A DNA stretch of 54,155 bases from Acidobacteriota bacterium (GTDB lineage Bacteria; Acidobacteriota; Holophagae; Holophagales; Holophagaceae): assembly GCA_018269025.1 (NCBI GenBank), contig JAFDVN010000071.1:1-54155 (forward strand). The letters are read 5' to 3'. The notes under the pieces are model-generated. The model did no database searches. It was not told where the DNA came from and saw only the letters and a list, made by a program, of their open reading frames with translations. Of the stretch, positions 1 to 8,557 are shown one piece after another. Position 1 is the first letter of the stretch, and the number at the start of each line of letters is the position of its first letter. The position numbers and the translations under genes were made by a program.

Positions 1-67
1 CCCGGTACTTTCCGGTGCCGAGGATGAGGCGGCTCGGGAAGGTCTTGCCCGCGACGGTGAAGGACAT
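1..67 (-). CDS. thiG: thiazole synthase ThiG, N-terminal fragment (gene runs off the window)
   Basis: Minus-strand ATG at 65-67 then MSFTVAGKTFPSRLILGTGKYR, which resembles the conserved ThiG N-terminus (F-x-SRL-x-x-GTGKY). Only 22 codons are visible. Confidence 0.5.
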   Translation of the reverse strand, partial: MSFTVAGKTFPSRLILGTGKYR

Positions 68-107
68 GGCGCGCTCCTGGCCTTCAAGTGTAGCGCCCGG
101 GTTGAGG

Positions 108-731
108 TTAAGCGGCGCGATCGAGCTTCGGCTCCTTGCGGCGGCGCAGGCCCGTCAAGCGCAGGATGAGGCGCTCCAGGCCCCGCCAGAAGCCGACGCG
201 CTCCAGCACCGGGTTGAGGGTGTTGGTGAGGGGGCAGTAGTGGGTTTTCCGGGGCCAGCGGTGGTGGAGGGCGTGCTGGGCCCGGGACTGAATCAGGCCC
301 TTCTCCTGCATCCATGAGATGACGCGGCCGTTCTCGGCCGGGCTTTGATGGGCCCAGCGATGGACGAGGTTCGTGAAGGCCGCGAGGAGAATCGCGAGGA
401 CGAGGGGCCAGGAAAGGGCATGGAAGGCCGCCAGCACGCCCAGCGCGATTCCGCCCGCCGCCACGGGCACATCCACATTCTTCCACCAGGGCAGGCGGGT
501 CATGGCGCGGGGGTCGCGGTGATGGAGCAGGTTCGGCTCAGCGACGAGGGGCCCTAGCACCGGCCACTCGGCCTGGGCGTAGGCGTCCTCCCACCAGTGG
601 ACGAGGCCGGTGATGAAGTCCGCCAGAAGCCAAGCGCCGAGGGCTTCCAGGGCCATCCAGAGGCCGTGGCGCGCTTGTTCGAAGAGGCTGGGCAGAAGGC
701 TGGGTTTGACGAGGGTGAGCGCAACGCTCAT
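108..731 (-). CDS. CarF/PEDS1 (TMEM189)-type membrane lipid desaturase family protein
   Basis: C-terminal part of track ORF 108..1439. The region upstream of 731 is antisense to the TetR gene, so the start is taken at MSVALTL (alternative ATG at 752). Histidine boxes HWWED, HHRDP, HRWAH, HALHH lie in a multi-TM protein, the pattern of the Kua/TMEM189 desaturase domain. Confidence 0.7.
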   Translation of the reverse strand: MSVALTLVKPSLLPSLFEQARHGLWMALEALGAWLLADFITGLVHWWEDAYAQAEWPVLGPLVAEPNLLHHRDPRAMTRLPWWKNVDVPVAAGGIALGVLAAFHALSWPLVLAILLAAFTNLVHRWAHQSPAENGRVISWMQEKGLIQSRAQHALHHRWPRKTHYCPLTNTLNPVLERVGFWRGLERLILRLTGLRRRKEPKLDRAA

Positions 732-821
732 GGGGGCTCCGAGGATGGCCATACGGCTGCGTATGGATGACAGTACGGTTCCGTATGGTAGGCTCACGGC
801 AAGCCCCGTCAAGGCGCTACC

Positions 822-1400
822 GTGAGTCAGAAACCCAAGCCCGCTCCAACTGCCCTGTCGGCCCAGGATTGGGTCCGGGCGGCGCTGCGCCTCATCGCCA
901 AGGAGGGCGTCGCCGCCGTGGCCGTGGAGTCCCTCGCCCGGGATCTGGGCGTCACGAAGGGCAGCTTCTATTGGCACTTCGAGAACCGCGATGGCCTCGT
1001 CGCCGCAGCGCTCCAGGCCTGGGAGGAGGATCAGGCGCGGGATGTCGTCACGCGCTACGAAGGCATCGAGGATCCGCGCAAGCGCCTGCGGGTGATGATG
1101 GCCGCGGCCTTCGAAGACCAGGAGAACGGCCTCCTCTTCGCCGCCCTCTCCGCCAGCAGCGAGGACCCGAGAGTCCATCCTGTGCTCACGAGGGCTTCCG
1201 AACAGCGCCTCGCCTTCGGCATCCGCTCCCTTCAAGCGCTCGGATTTCCGGAGGATGAAGCGCGTCGCAAGGCGCTCTTCCTCTACGCGAGTTACGCGGG
1301 CTACTTCCAACTGCTGCGGGCCATGCCGGAGGCGGTGCGCCGGGTGTCGGATTTGAGTGCGTTCGCCCGGGATCTGGTGGACGCGGTCCTTCCCGGCTAG
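822..1400 (+). CDS. TetR/AcrR family transcriptional regulator
   Basis: GTG start. N-terminal HTH region VRAALRLIAKEGVAAVAVESLARDLGVTKGSFYWHFENRDGL is typical TetR. Divergent from the desaturase gene. Confidence 0.85.
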   Translation: MSQKPKPAPTALSAQDWVRAALRLIAKEGVAAVAVESLARDLGVTKGSFYWHFENRDGLVAAALQAWEEDQARDVVTRYEGIEDPRKRLRVMMAAAFEDQENGLLFAALSASSEDPRVHPVLTRASEQRLAFGIRSLQALGFPEDEARRKALFLYASYAGYFQLLRAMPEAVRRVSDLSAFARDLVDAVLPG

Positions 1401-1457
1401 CGGCGGCCCTTCAACCGGCCCAAGCTGAAGCGGGTCCATCCCTCATCAGGACGATGC

Positions 1458-3050
1458 ATGTTCAGCCGCCTCGGCAAATTCGAGATCCTCAAATCCTTGG
1501 GCCAGGGTGCCATGGGCGAAGTCTTTCTCGCCCGTGATCCGGCCATCGGACGCGAGGTGGCGGTAAAGACGATCCTCGCTTCCAGCACTGCGGGGGAAGG
1601 CGCGAAGGATCGCTTCGCGCGGGAGGCCAAGGCCGCCGGAACGCTGAACCATCCGGGCATCGTCACGATCCACGAATTCGGCGAGGACCAGGGCGTGCTC
1701 TACCTCGCGATGGAGTTCGTGCAGGGCGAGGATCTTCAAAACCTGCTGGTGGATGGAGGCCTTCCCAAAGCGGACCTGCTGGAGATCCTCGCCCAGGTCT
1801 CCGAGGCCCTCGCCTACGCCCACCGCAAGGGCGTGTTGCATCGGGATGTGAAGCCCTCCAATGTCCGCGTGAGCCGTGAAAGCGGCAAGCTCCAGGCGAA
1901 ACTCATGGATTTCGGCATCGCCCGCATGTCCGAATCCACGCTGACGAGCGCGGGCCTGCTCATGGGCACGGTGGCCTACATGGCACCGGAATATGTGAAG
2001 ACGGGCAAGGCCGATCCCCGCGGCGACCTCTTCGCCGTGGGCGTCATGCTCTACGAAGGCCTCTCGGGGCAACTGCCCTTCGCAGGCGACACCACCGCCA
2101 CCGTGCTCTACCGCCTCGTGCACGAAGACCCGAAACCCTTGCCGCCTTCCGCGCTGATCGGCGCGAGCCCGGCGTTGCGGGGGGTGCTGGAACGCGCCCT
2201 CGCCAAGGAACCGGACTTCCGACATCCGGATGGGGACGCCCTCGCCGCGGCGCTTCGGGCGGCCAAGGACCCGGCTTGGGTGGGCGAAGCTGTGCCCTTC
2301 CGCGCCGCGGACCACGCGCCCACCGTCGCCATGCGACGCGGGGTGGCTGAGGCCGCGCCTTCGTCGAAACGGGGCGTCTGGGCTGTTGGCGCGGCGGTGA
2401 TCCTTCTCGCGGGAGGGGGGTACGCCTGGACCCGGATTCGGAGGCCTGTGCCCCCCATGGCGACCACGCCTCCCCCGCAGGCAGCGCCTCTCAGTCAGAC
2501 ACCCGCGGCTGCGCCACCCCCACCGGCTGCGGAACCCCAACCCGCGCCCGCGCCGAAGGTCGTGGTGGCGACACCCGAGCAACCGGTCAAAAAGGCCGAT
2601 CCCAAGCCCATCCCTGTGCCTGTGGCCCCGCCCGTCGAAGACCCGGCCCCCCAGGCAACAGATGAAGCTCCGCTCCCCACCGACGCCCCGGCGGACCCGG
2701 TCTCTGCCCAGCCCAGCGCGGTGGCGGCGGCGAAGGAACTGGAATCCGATCCGGCCCAGGCCCATCGGGACCTGCAACCCCTCATCCAGGCCAACCCGGA
2801 GAACCCTCATTTGCGCGCGTTGGACCTGGTGGCGCTGGCGAACGCGGGAAACGGCCCGGGCTTCATCTCCGCTTGGGACGCTGCGGTGGGCGCGGGCGTC
2901 AATCCGGCCTTCTTCCGATTCACACCGCGATTCAACACGATGCTGAAAGAGCAGGCCCGCAACGCGACGCTGCCACCCGAGGCGCTGCAGCGCCTGCAGC
3001 AGACCTTCGCGCCGAGGAAGGAGAACCGTCGCTGGCGGAGAGGCCGTTGA
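1458..3050 (+). CDS. Ser/Thr protein kinase, membrane-anchored, Pro-rich extracytoplasmic region
   Basis: Hanks kinase motifs: GQGAMGEV, VAVKTI, HRDVKPSN, DFGIA, APE. Followed by a TM segment VWAVGAAVILLAGGGYAW and Pro/Ala-rich sequence. Confidence 0.9.
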   Translation: MFSRLGKFEILKSLGQGAMGEVFLARDPAIGREVAVKTILASSTAGEGAKDRFAREAKAAGTLNHPGIVTIHEFGEDQGVLYLAMEFVQGEDLQNLLVDGGLPKADLLEILAQVSEALAYAHRKGVLHRDVKPSNVRVSRESGKLQAKLMDFGIARMSESTLTSAGLLMGTVAYMAPEYVKTGKADPRGDLFAVGVMLYEGLSGQLPFAGDTTATVLYRLVHEDPKPLPPSALIGASPALRGVLERALAKEPDFRHPDGDALAAALRAAKDPAWVGEAVPFRAADHAPTVAMRRGVAEAAPSSKRGVWAVGAAVILLAGGGYAWTRIRRPVPPMATTPPPQAAPLSQTPAAAPPPPAAEPQPAPAPKVVVATPEQPVKKADPKPIPVPVAPPVEDPAPQATDEAPLPTDAPADPVSAQPSAVAAAKELESDPAQAHRDLQPLIQANPENPHLRALDLVALANAGNGPGFISAWDAAVGAGVNPAFFRFTPRFNTMLKEQARNATLPPEALQRLQQTFAPRKENRRWRRGR

Positions 3051-3065
3051 GCCCCGCTGGAAGCC

Positions 3066-3506
3066 CTACTGCCCTTCGGTCCGTTCCGTGAAATCCTGGA
3101 CCGTCACCAGGCGCCAGTCGGAGCCGCGCTTCTTCCAGTGGAGGATGTAGACCTTTTGGGAGCCGTCCGGGAAGAGCCCCGTGCCCTTCTGGGTGAGGAG
3201 CACATGCACCTTCTCGAAGGCGTCCTCGCCGTTCAGACCGATGTCCTGGTTGGACAGATGAACGGTCACGGGACCCTGCTTGAGGACTTGAGCCAGGTAG
3301 AAGGTCGTGGCGGCCTTGTTCATCCCCTCGGGCCCCTGGAAGGTGTCGTCCAGGATGGCGACGGCCCCGCCCGCGTCCCCGGCCTCCAGGGCCTGGGCGG
3401 CCTTTGACAGAGTGTCGCGGATCGCCTGGTCCGCGGAGGTCTTGGGGCGGCAGGAGGGCGCCAGTACGAGGGCGGGAAGGGCCAGAAGGACCAACTTGCT
3501 TTTCAT
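3066..3506 (-). CDS. secreted/lipoprotein-like hypothetical protein (NTF2/SnoaL-like size and pattern)
   Basis: Start taken at MKSKLVLLALPALVLAPSC (signal peptide with Cys). The extra 7 codons in the track ORF are probably not translated. Fold assignment is a guess. Confidence 0.6.
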   Translation of the reverse strand: MKSKLVLLALPALVLAPSCRPKTSADQAIRDTLSKAAQALEAGDAGGAVAILDDTFQGPEGMNKAATTFYLAQVLKQGPVTVHLSNQDIGLNGEDAFEKVHVLLTQKGTGLFPDGSQKVYILHWKKRGSDWRLVTVQDFTERTEGQ

Positions 3507-3547
3507 CACGGGGGCACCCTCCCACACTGGTAGACCGGAGAACGATC

Positions 3548-4705
3548 ATGGCATCCGCGTCCCAGCATTTCGACACCCTTTGCATCCACGCGGGCCAACA
3601 GCCCGATCCCCTCTCCGGCGCGGTGATGACGCCGGTCTACTTCACGAGCACCTACCTTCAGGAAGGGCTCGGAAAACACAAGGGCTTCGAATACGCCCGC
3701 ACCCGCAACCCCACCCGGGACGCGGTGCAGGGCAACCTCGCGGCGCTGGAAGGGGGCAAGCAGGCCATCGCCTTCGCCTCGGGCCTCGCGGCGACCCAAG
3801 CGATCCTTGAGCTGCTGGATGGCGGCGATCACCTGGTGCTCGGGAACAATGTCTACGGCGGCACCTTCCGGCTCGTGGACAAGATCATGGCCCGCTTCGG
3901 CATCGTCTACACCCAAGTGGACACTTCGGATCTCGCCGCGCTGAAAGCCGCGATCACGCCGAAGACGAAACTCGTGATGTTGGAGACGCCGACCAATCCC
4001 ATGCTCGGGCTGTCCGACATCGCGGCCGTCCGCACGGTCGTGAAGGAAGCCGCGCCGAACGCGATTCTCGCGGTGGACAACACCTTCGCCACGCCCTTCA
4101 ACCAGCAGCCCTTGAGCCTGGGGGCCGACCTCGTCTTCCACAGCACGACGAAGTACCTGAATGGCCACAGCGATTCCATCGGCGGCGTTGTCGTCACCAA
4201 CAACGACGATCTCGCCGCCAAGCTCGCCTTCATCCAGAACGCCGCAGGCGCGATCCTCTCGCCCATGGAGAGCTTCCTCATCCTGCGGGGCACCAAGACG
4301 CTGCACCTTCGCATGGCTCGTCACAATGAAAGCGCCTTGAAGATCGCCCGGTGGCTGGAGGCGCGAACGGATCTTACGGCCGTCTACTACCCCGGCCTAG
4401 AGTCCCATCCCCAGCACGAGCTCGCAAATCGCCAGATGAAGGGCTTCAGCGGCATCGTGAGCTTCGACACCGGCGATACCGAGAAGACCCGCCGCGTGGC
4501 CGAGCGCTTCAAGATCTTCGCCCTCGCCGAATCCCTCGGCGGCGTCGAAAGCCTCGTCTGCCACCCCGCGTCCATGACCCACGGCTCCGTTCCCGCAGCC
4601 GACCGCGCCAAGCTCGGCCTCACCGACAGCCTCCTGCGCCTCAGCGTCGGCGTGGAAGCCGCCGAGGACCTGATCGCCGACCTGGAGCATGCTTTGAAGG
4701 CATGA
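3548..4705 (+). CDS. Cys/Met-metabolism PLP-dependent enzyme (cystathionine gamma-synthase / beta-lyase / gamma-lyase family)
   Basis: Real start MASASQHFDTLCIHAG at 3548; the track ORF starts earlier, antisense to the neighbouring gene. STTKYLNGHSDSIGG PLP-lysine motif and C-terminal LRLSVGVE. Confidence 0.9.
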   Translation: MASASQHFDTLCIHAGQQPDPLSGAVMTPVYFTSTYLQEGLGKHKGFEYARTRNPTRDAVQGNLAALEGGKQAIAFASGLAATQAILELLDGGDHLVLGNNVYGGTFRLVDKIMARFGIVYTQVDTSDLAALKAAITPKTKLVMLETPTNPMLGLSDIAAVRTVVKEAAPNAILAVDNTFATPFNQQPLSLGADLVFHSTTKYLNGHSDSIGGVVVTNNDDLAAKLAFIQNAAGAILSPMESFLILRGTKTLHLRMARHNESALKIARWLEARTDLTAVYYPGLESHPQHELANRQMKGFSGIVSFDTGDTEKTRRVAERFKIFALAESLGGVESLVCHPASMTHGSVPAADRAKLGLTDSLLRLSVGVEAAEDLIADLEHALKA

Positions 4706-4740
4706 AGCCCAATGACCACCCAATGCAAATGAAAGGCGAT

Positions 4741-4826
4741 TACGCGGAGGACAGCGGAGAAGCGGAGGGCAGCCGAGAAGGACTATAACCTCCGCTGCCC
4801 TCCGCTTCTCCGCTGTCCTCCGCGTG
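4741..4826. terminator. very long perfect hairpin between convergent genes (bidirectional terminator / REP-like palindrome)
   Basis: Arm GCGGAGGACAGCGGAGAAGCGGAGGGCAGC (4744-4773) is the exact reverse complement of 4794-4823. The loop is 20 nt and pairing extends 2-3 bp outward. Confidence 0.8.
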
Positions 4827-4859
4827 GTTGTTTTTCTTCGCGTTCTTCGCGGTGAATCG

Positions 4860-5447
4860 TTATTTGATTCCGTGCTCCCGGAACAGCGTCGGGTAGCTCC
4901 GCCGCTCGACGCGGTCGCTGCCGAGGTGCAGGTGTTCGGCGGCGGCTTTGATGGCGTGGGGGTCGCCTTCCAGTTCCAGGAAGCAGCCGAAGGGCGTCTC
5001 ATCCAGGCAAGCGACGAGTTCATCGCGATTCAAAATGGCGCGCGTCTTCTCCATGGTCAGCACCGGCGCGAAGCCTAGGGCGGTGAGGATGGCCTCCAGC
5101 GCGTCGGCGTCTTCCACTGCTGTTTCTTCTTCGGGGCGGATCTTGAGGATCGGATCGGGCACGACGGCGCCCTTCCAGGTGAGGATCGTCTTGCCCGCGT
5201 AGCGGCGGACGCGCAGGGCGGAGCCGCGAGCGGCCAACTCTCCGTTCCGGTCCCAGAGCACGCTGATCTCGCGTTGGGCGGGTGTCGTCTCCACGAACCC
5301 CATGGCCCGAAGCAGTTCCCGAATGGGTGGGATGGCCGGAATGCGGAGTTTCAGTTCGGTTTCGATCGCGTTCCGGTGCTTCAAGGGCCTGCCTCCGGCA
5401 TGATGGGCAGAACGGATGGTGCCCTTGCCCTCCACCAAGTATCTCAT
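4860..5447 (-). CDS. CYTH-domain protein (class IV adenylate cyclase / triphosphatase family)
   Basis: ExExK signature IETELKLRI near the N-terminus, size about 195 aa. Start uncertain: ATG at 5447 or GTG at 5435, both overlapping the divergent gene start at 5416. Confidence 0.7.
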   Translation of the reverse strand: MRYLVEGKGTIRSAHHAGGRPLKHRNAIETELKLRIPAIPPIRELLRAMGFVETTPAQREISVLWDRNGELAARGSALRVRRYAGKTILTWKGAVVPDPILKIRPEEETAVEDADALEAILTALGFAPVLTMEKTRAILNRDELVACLDETPFGCFLELEGDPHAIKAAAEHLHLGSDRVERRSYPTLFREHGIK

Positions 5448-6744
5448 CGCCACTCTGTTCATCGCCGCCATGCTCCTGCTGGTGACGATCGTGCAGGGCT
5501 TGAAACCTGCCAGCAGCGGAGGCATCGCCGCGGGTGTCGGCGCGGACGCGCCCGCGGCGGTGTTGGGCTTGGACAGCTTTCCGGTGGAAGCCTCCACGCG
5601 GCTGGAGGATGGCTGGTCGCCGCGCTTTCAGGGGGCCCAGGACCCGGATCAGTGGGAGCCCTGGCCCTTCGCGGGCGGCTTCGGCGCGCCCTGGGAGCCG
5701 GCTTCCCCCTACCTCCAGGATCAAGGCTTCGCGGCGAACGGACCCAAGGGTCGGAGCGAAGTGCGGCTGTGGCAGGGGCTCGAATGGCGCACCTACCGCT
5801 TCGACTCGCCTCTTGTGTCGGCGCGCATCTCCCTCCATCGGCCGGACCGCTTGTTGGTGACCCTCGCCTCCGGGCCCGGTCGCTTCGAGACCGAGCTTCT
5901 AACCATCCCCGAAGGCCGGGTGCTCTGGTCGGTCATGGCGGGCCCCTGGAGCCGCTACTCCTGGGATGGACGGGCGATTCTCGTAGGCTTCCTGGAGGGC
6001 CCGGATCAGCATCTCCTCCTTTCGGCGCTGCCGATGGAGGGCGACCTTCCTGATGCAACCCTCGCGTCCTGGGATGAAAAGGGCCTTCCGCCTGCGCCCA
6101 AGGGTCTTCCGACGAAGGCCGATCAGTTGAGTGACGATGGCCGCGACTTGCCGGGGGCGAAGGTCGCCCTGCCCTGGAAGGAAGGGGACCGGGTTTGGAT
6201 GCCCCGGCCGGACTGGCTTTGGGTGAGCGGAGGAGGAACCTGGAGCGCCTGGAAGCTGGAGGAAGGCCGTTGGCGGCGCCAGGCCACGGGTCCAGGCGTC
6301 CTGGAGGCCCAGCCGCCCCTGAGGGTGGGCCTCACCGCGCCGGCGACGCCACCGGGGGAAGGCATGGCGCGAAGCACGAGCTCCGTGGATCGGGTGGCGT
6401 GGACACCCGTGTCCGGGGACGATCCCGCGTGGCCCGCCTACGATCCCGCCTGGGCCTGGGGCGAGGGCAGTGCCCTCACCGCCTGGGACTTGCGTTGGCG
6501 GGCCTTCCCGGAGGCGCTTCCCCCCGAACGGCAGCGGGCGGCCTTGGCCTTAGCCTTCAAGCCCGACTGGCTCAGCGCCAAGGCGATCCGCCGCTCTGTG
6601 GCGGGTTGGCTTCCCGGGGGGGCCGAGGTGGCCCTGCGCGAAGCCCAGGATCGGGCCTGGGTCTGGGTGGGGGACCGGGTGCTGCTGGTGAAGCTCCCGG
6701 AACTGTCCAGGACCCGTCGTGTGCGTAAGATCCTCAATCCGTAG
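5416..6744 (+). CDS. hypothetical membrane-anchored Trp-rich protein
   Basis: ATG start, N-terminal TM YLIATLFIAAMLLLVTIVQG, long ORF in the same direction as and tightly followed by the response-regulator gene. I recognise no family. Confidence 0.6.
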   Translation: MVPLPSTKYLIATLFIAAMLLLVTIVQGLKPASSGGIAAGVGADAPAAVLGLDSFPVEASTRLEDGWSPRFQGAQDPDQWEPWPFAGGFGAPWEPASPYLQDQGFAANGPKGRSEVRLWQGLEWRTYRFDSPLVSARISLHRPDRLLVTLASGPGRFETELLTIPEGRVLWSVMAGPWSRYSWDGRAILVGFLEGPDQHLLLSALPMEGDLPDATLASWDEKGLPPAPKGLPTKADQLSDDGRDLPGAKVALPWKEGDRVWMPRPDWLWVSGGGTWSAWKLEEGRWRRQATGPGVLEAQPPLRVGLTAPATPPGEGMARSTSSVDRVAWTPVSGDDPAWPAYDPAWAWGEGSALTAWDLRWRAFPEALPPERQRAALALAFKPDWLSAKAIRRSVAGWLPGGAEVALREAQDRAWVWVGDRVLLVKLPELSRTRRVRKILNP

Positions 6745-6796
6745 ACCATTTCTGGTAGGTTAGGCCCAGCCATTCAACGGACTCCGAGGTCGCCAC

Positions 6797-7888
6797 ATGC
6801 CCCGTCTCCTGCTCGTGGACGACAACCCCAGCATCCACCGCATCGCCGAGTCGCTCCTGACCGGCACTTCCGCGGACCTGGTGTGCGTGGAGAGCGGCGA
6901 AGAGGCGCTGCGGCAGGTGAACGCGGGCGAACGCTTCGATGTGGCCTTGCTGGACACGGTGCTCGGCCCCGGCGGCATGGATGGCTGGTCCCTGCTGGAG
7001 CGGCTCCGCCAGACGCCCGCGACGGCGGCGATGCCCATCGCCCTCATGGCCGGCGTGCTGGACGCGGTGGATCCCCTGCGCCTCGAGAAGGCCCCCATCC
7101 AAGGCTTCCTCCGCAAACCCGTTGAACTCCGCGATCTGGAAGAGCGGCTGAAGGCCTACATGGCCGCGCCGGTGGAAGGCGCGGGTCGCGGCACCGTGCC
7201 CGGCGCGCGGCTCCAGGACTGGATGAGCGAAGCTCCCGCCGCGGCCCAGCCGGCCCGCGGGCCCGAACCTGAGAACGACTTGCTCGTGTTGACGGCGGAA
7301 GATCTGCTGGAGCCGCTGTCCGGGGAAGTGCCCATGATGGCCCCGGCCTCTGTGGAGCACGAGCCCGAGCCCGAACTCCACATCGAAGAACTGGACATGG
7401 AGACGCTGCATGGCGTCGCCGCAGCCGCACCCGCGATGCCTGTGACCGCCGCTCTCCCCGAGCCTGAGCCGCAGCTTCCTGAGATCCCGTCCATCAACCT
7501 CGATGAACCTCTCTCCCACGAGATGCTGGCGAGCCTCGCCCCGACGGCCCACGCCGAAGGGCTAGCTCAAGCCGCCTCCGCTCCGCTGGATCTGAGCGCC
7601 GCGCCCACGCCGCTGACGCTGGAACCGGAGATGGAGCTGGAAACCCTGCATGGCGTGGATCCCGATACGCTGCGCGGGCCCGCGATCGAAGCACCCGCAA
7701 CGCCACCCGGCGCGGCACCCGCTGCTTCCGCTCCGGGCGACGCCAACGCGATGGTGCAGGCCATCCTCGCCGATCCGAACGCGCGCCAGGCGCTTCTGAA
7801 GGCCCTGCTGTCCCAAGGGGGCGAACAGGTGCTCCGCGAAGTGGCCTGGGAAGTGATGCCCGACCTCGCCTCCAAATTGCAGAAGTAG
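6797..7888 (+). CDS. response regulator: receiver domain + long Pro/Ala/Glu-rich linker + short conserved C-terminal helix region
   Basis: Receiver motifs LLLVDDN, VALLDTVL..GMDG, FLRKPV. About 200 aa of low-complexity acidic/Pro-rich sequence follow, then ...VLREVAWEVMPDLASKLQK. Confidence 0.85.
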   Translation: MPRLLLVDDNPSIHRIAESLLTGTSADLVCVESGEEALRQVNAGERFDVALLDTVLGPGGMDGWSLLERLRQTPATAAMPIALMAGVLDAVDPLRLEKAPIQGFLRKPVELRDLEERLKAYMAAPVEGAGRGTVPGARLQDWMSEAPAAAQPARGPEPENDLLVLTAEDLLEPLSGEVPMMAPASVEHEPEPELHIEELDMETLHGVAAAAPAMPVTAALPEPEPQLPEIPSINLDEPLSHEMLASLAPTAHAEGLAQAASAPLDLSAAPTPLTLEPEMELETLHGVDPDTLRGPAIEAPATPPGAAPAASAPGDANAMVQAILADPNARQALLKALLSQGGEQVLREVAWEVMPDLASKLQK

Positions 7889-7894
7889 GGTCCG

Positions 7895-8539
7895 ATGATC
7901 ACCGGCTACAACACCGATGTCCGCCACGGCAACCGCGTCTACCATGTGCAGACCGAGGATAAGGGCCTCTCCAATCCCAAGGTGGAGACGCTCATCTATG
8001 TTGGCGGCGAGATTCTTGATAGCCACCGCAGTTCCTACGAGGATCTGGTCGCGGGCGGGGCGCTGAAGGACGAGGCGGCGCTCCAGGCCCGCATGGATGA
8101 GCAGCACAAGTCCATCATCCGGGATATCAAGGCCGGCAAGTACGACGCGACCCCTCCGGGGGATTCGGAGAAGGAGGCTTTCAACGACCGCCCCCTGGAT
8201 CAGGCGATCCTCGAATTCCTCCAGCGGGAAGGCGATGTGGACACCTTGGAGGTGGTGCTGGATCAGCCGCTCCGCCCCATCTTTGGCGCGGCCTTTCCCC
8301 TCGATTTCAAGGTGCGCCTTTCCCGTAGCCAGGCGCCCGTGAAGGACGCGGAAGTGACCGTGAAGCTCGTCTCCAGCCTCAAGAAGGCCGTGGTGCTGGG
8401 CGCGGGCAAGACGGATGCCCAGGGTGTCTACAAGGCCGAAGTCCAGCTTCCGCCCAGCCAGCCGGGCCAATGCGCGCTGCTTGTTACCTGCGCCGGCGAA
8501 CACGGCATGGATGAAGTGAAGGCCCTCATCCGCGGATAG
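7895..8539 (+). CDS. conserved hypothetical protein
   Basis: ATG 6 bp after the response-regulator stop. N-terminus MITGYNTDVRHGNRVYHVQTEDKG looks like a conserved module, and the C-terminal half is beta-rich. Function unknown. Confidence 0.65.
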   Translation: MITGYNTDVRHGNRVYHVQTEDKGLSNPKVETLIYVGGEILDSHRSSYEDLVAGGALKDEAALQARMDEQHKSIIRDIKAGKYDATPPGDSEKEAFNDRPLDQAILEFLQREGDVDTLEVVLDQPLRPIFGAAFPLDFKVRLSRSQAPVKDAEVTVKLVSSLKKAVVLGAGKTDAQGVYKAEVQLPPSQPGQCALLVTCAGEHGMDEVKALIRG

Positions 8540-8557
8540 CACCGCTACCCTAGACGG

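Noticed and set aside
3404-3547. N-terminal extensions in track ORFs (3404..4705, 21677..24655, 24477..25166, 33249..34514, 14326..15927, 16958..17749, 18512..21622, 39177..39953, 26621..28246, 40292..42037)
   Set aside because: The upstream portions overlap neighbouring genes or repeats and lack family similarity. Internal starts coincide with conserved N-termini or signal peptides, so shorter coordinates were used.
3507-3547. Riboswitch or leader upstream of the Cys/Met PLP enzyme, and an FMN element upstream of ribE
   Set aside because: The spacer before the PLP-enzyme gene is only about 41 bp. ribE overlaps the preceding permease gene, so there is no room for a riboswitch aptamer.
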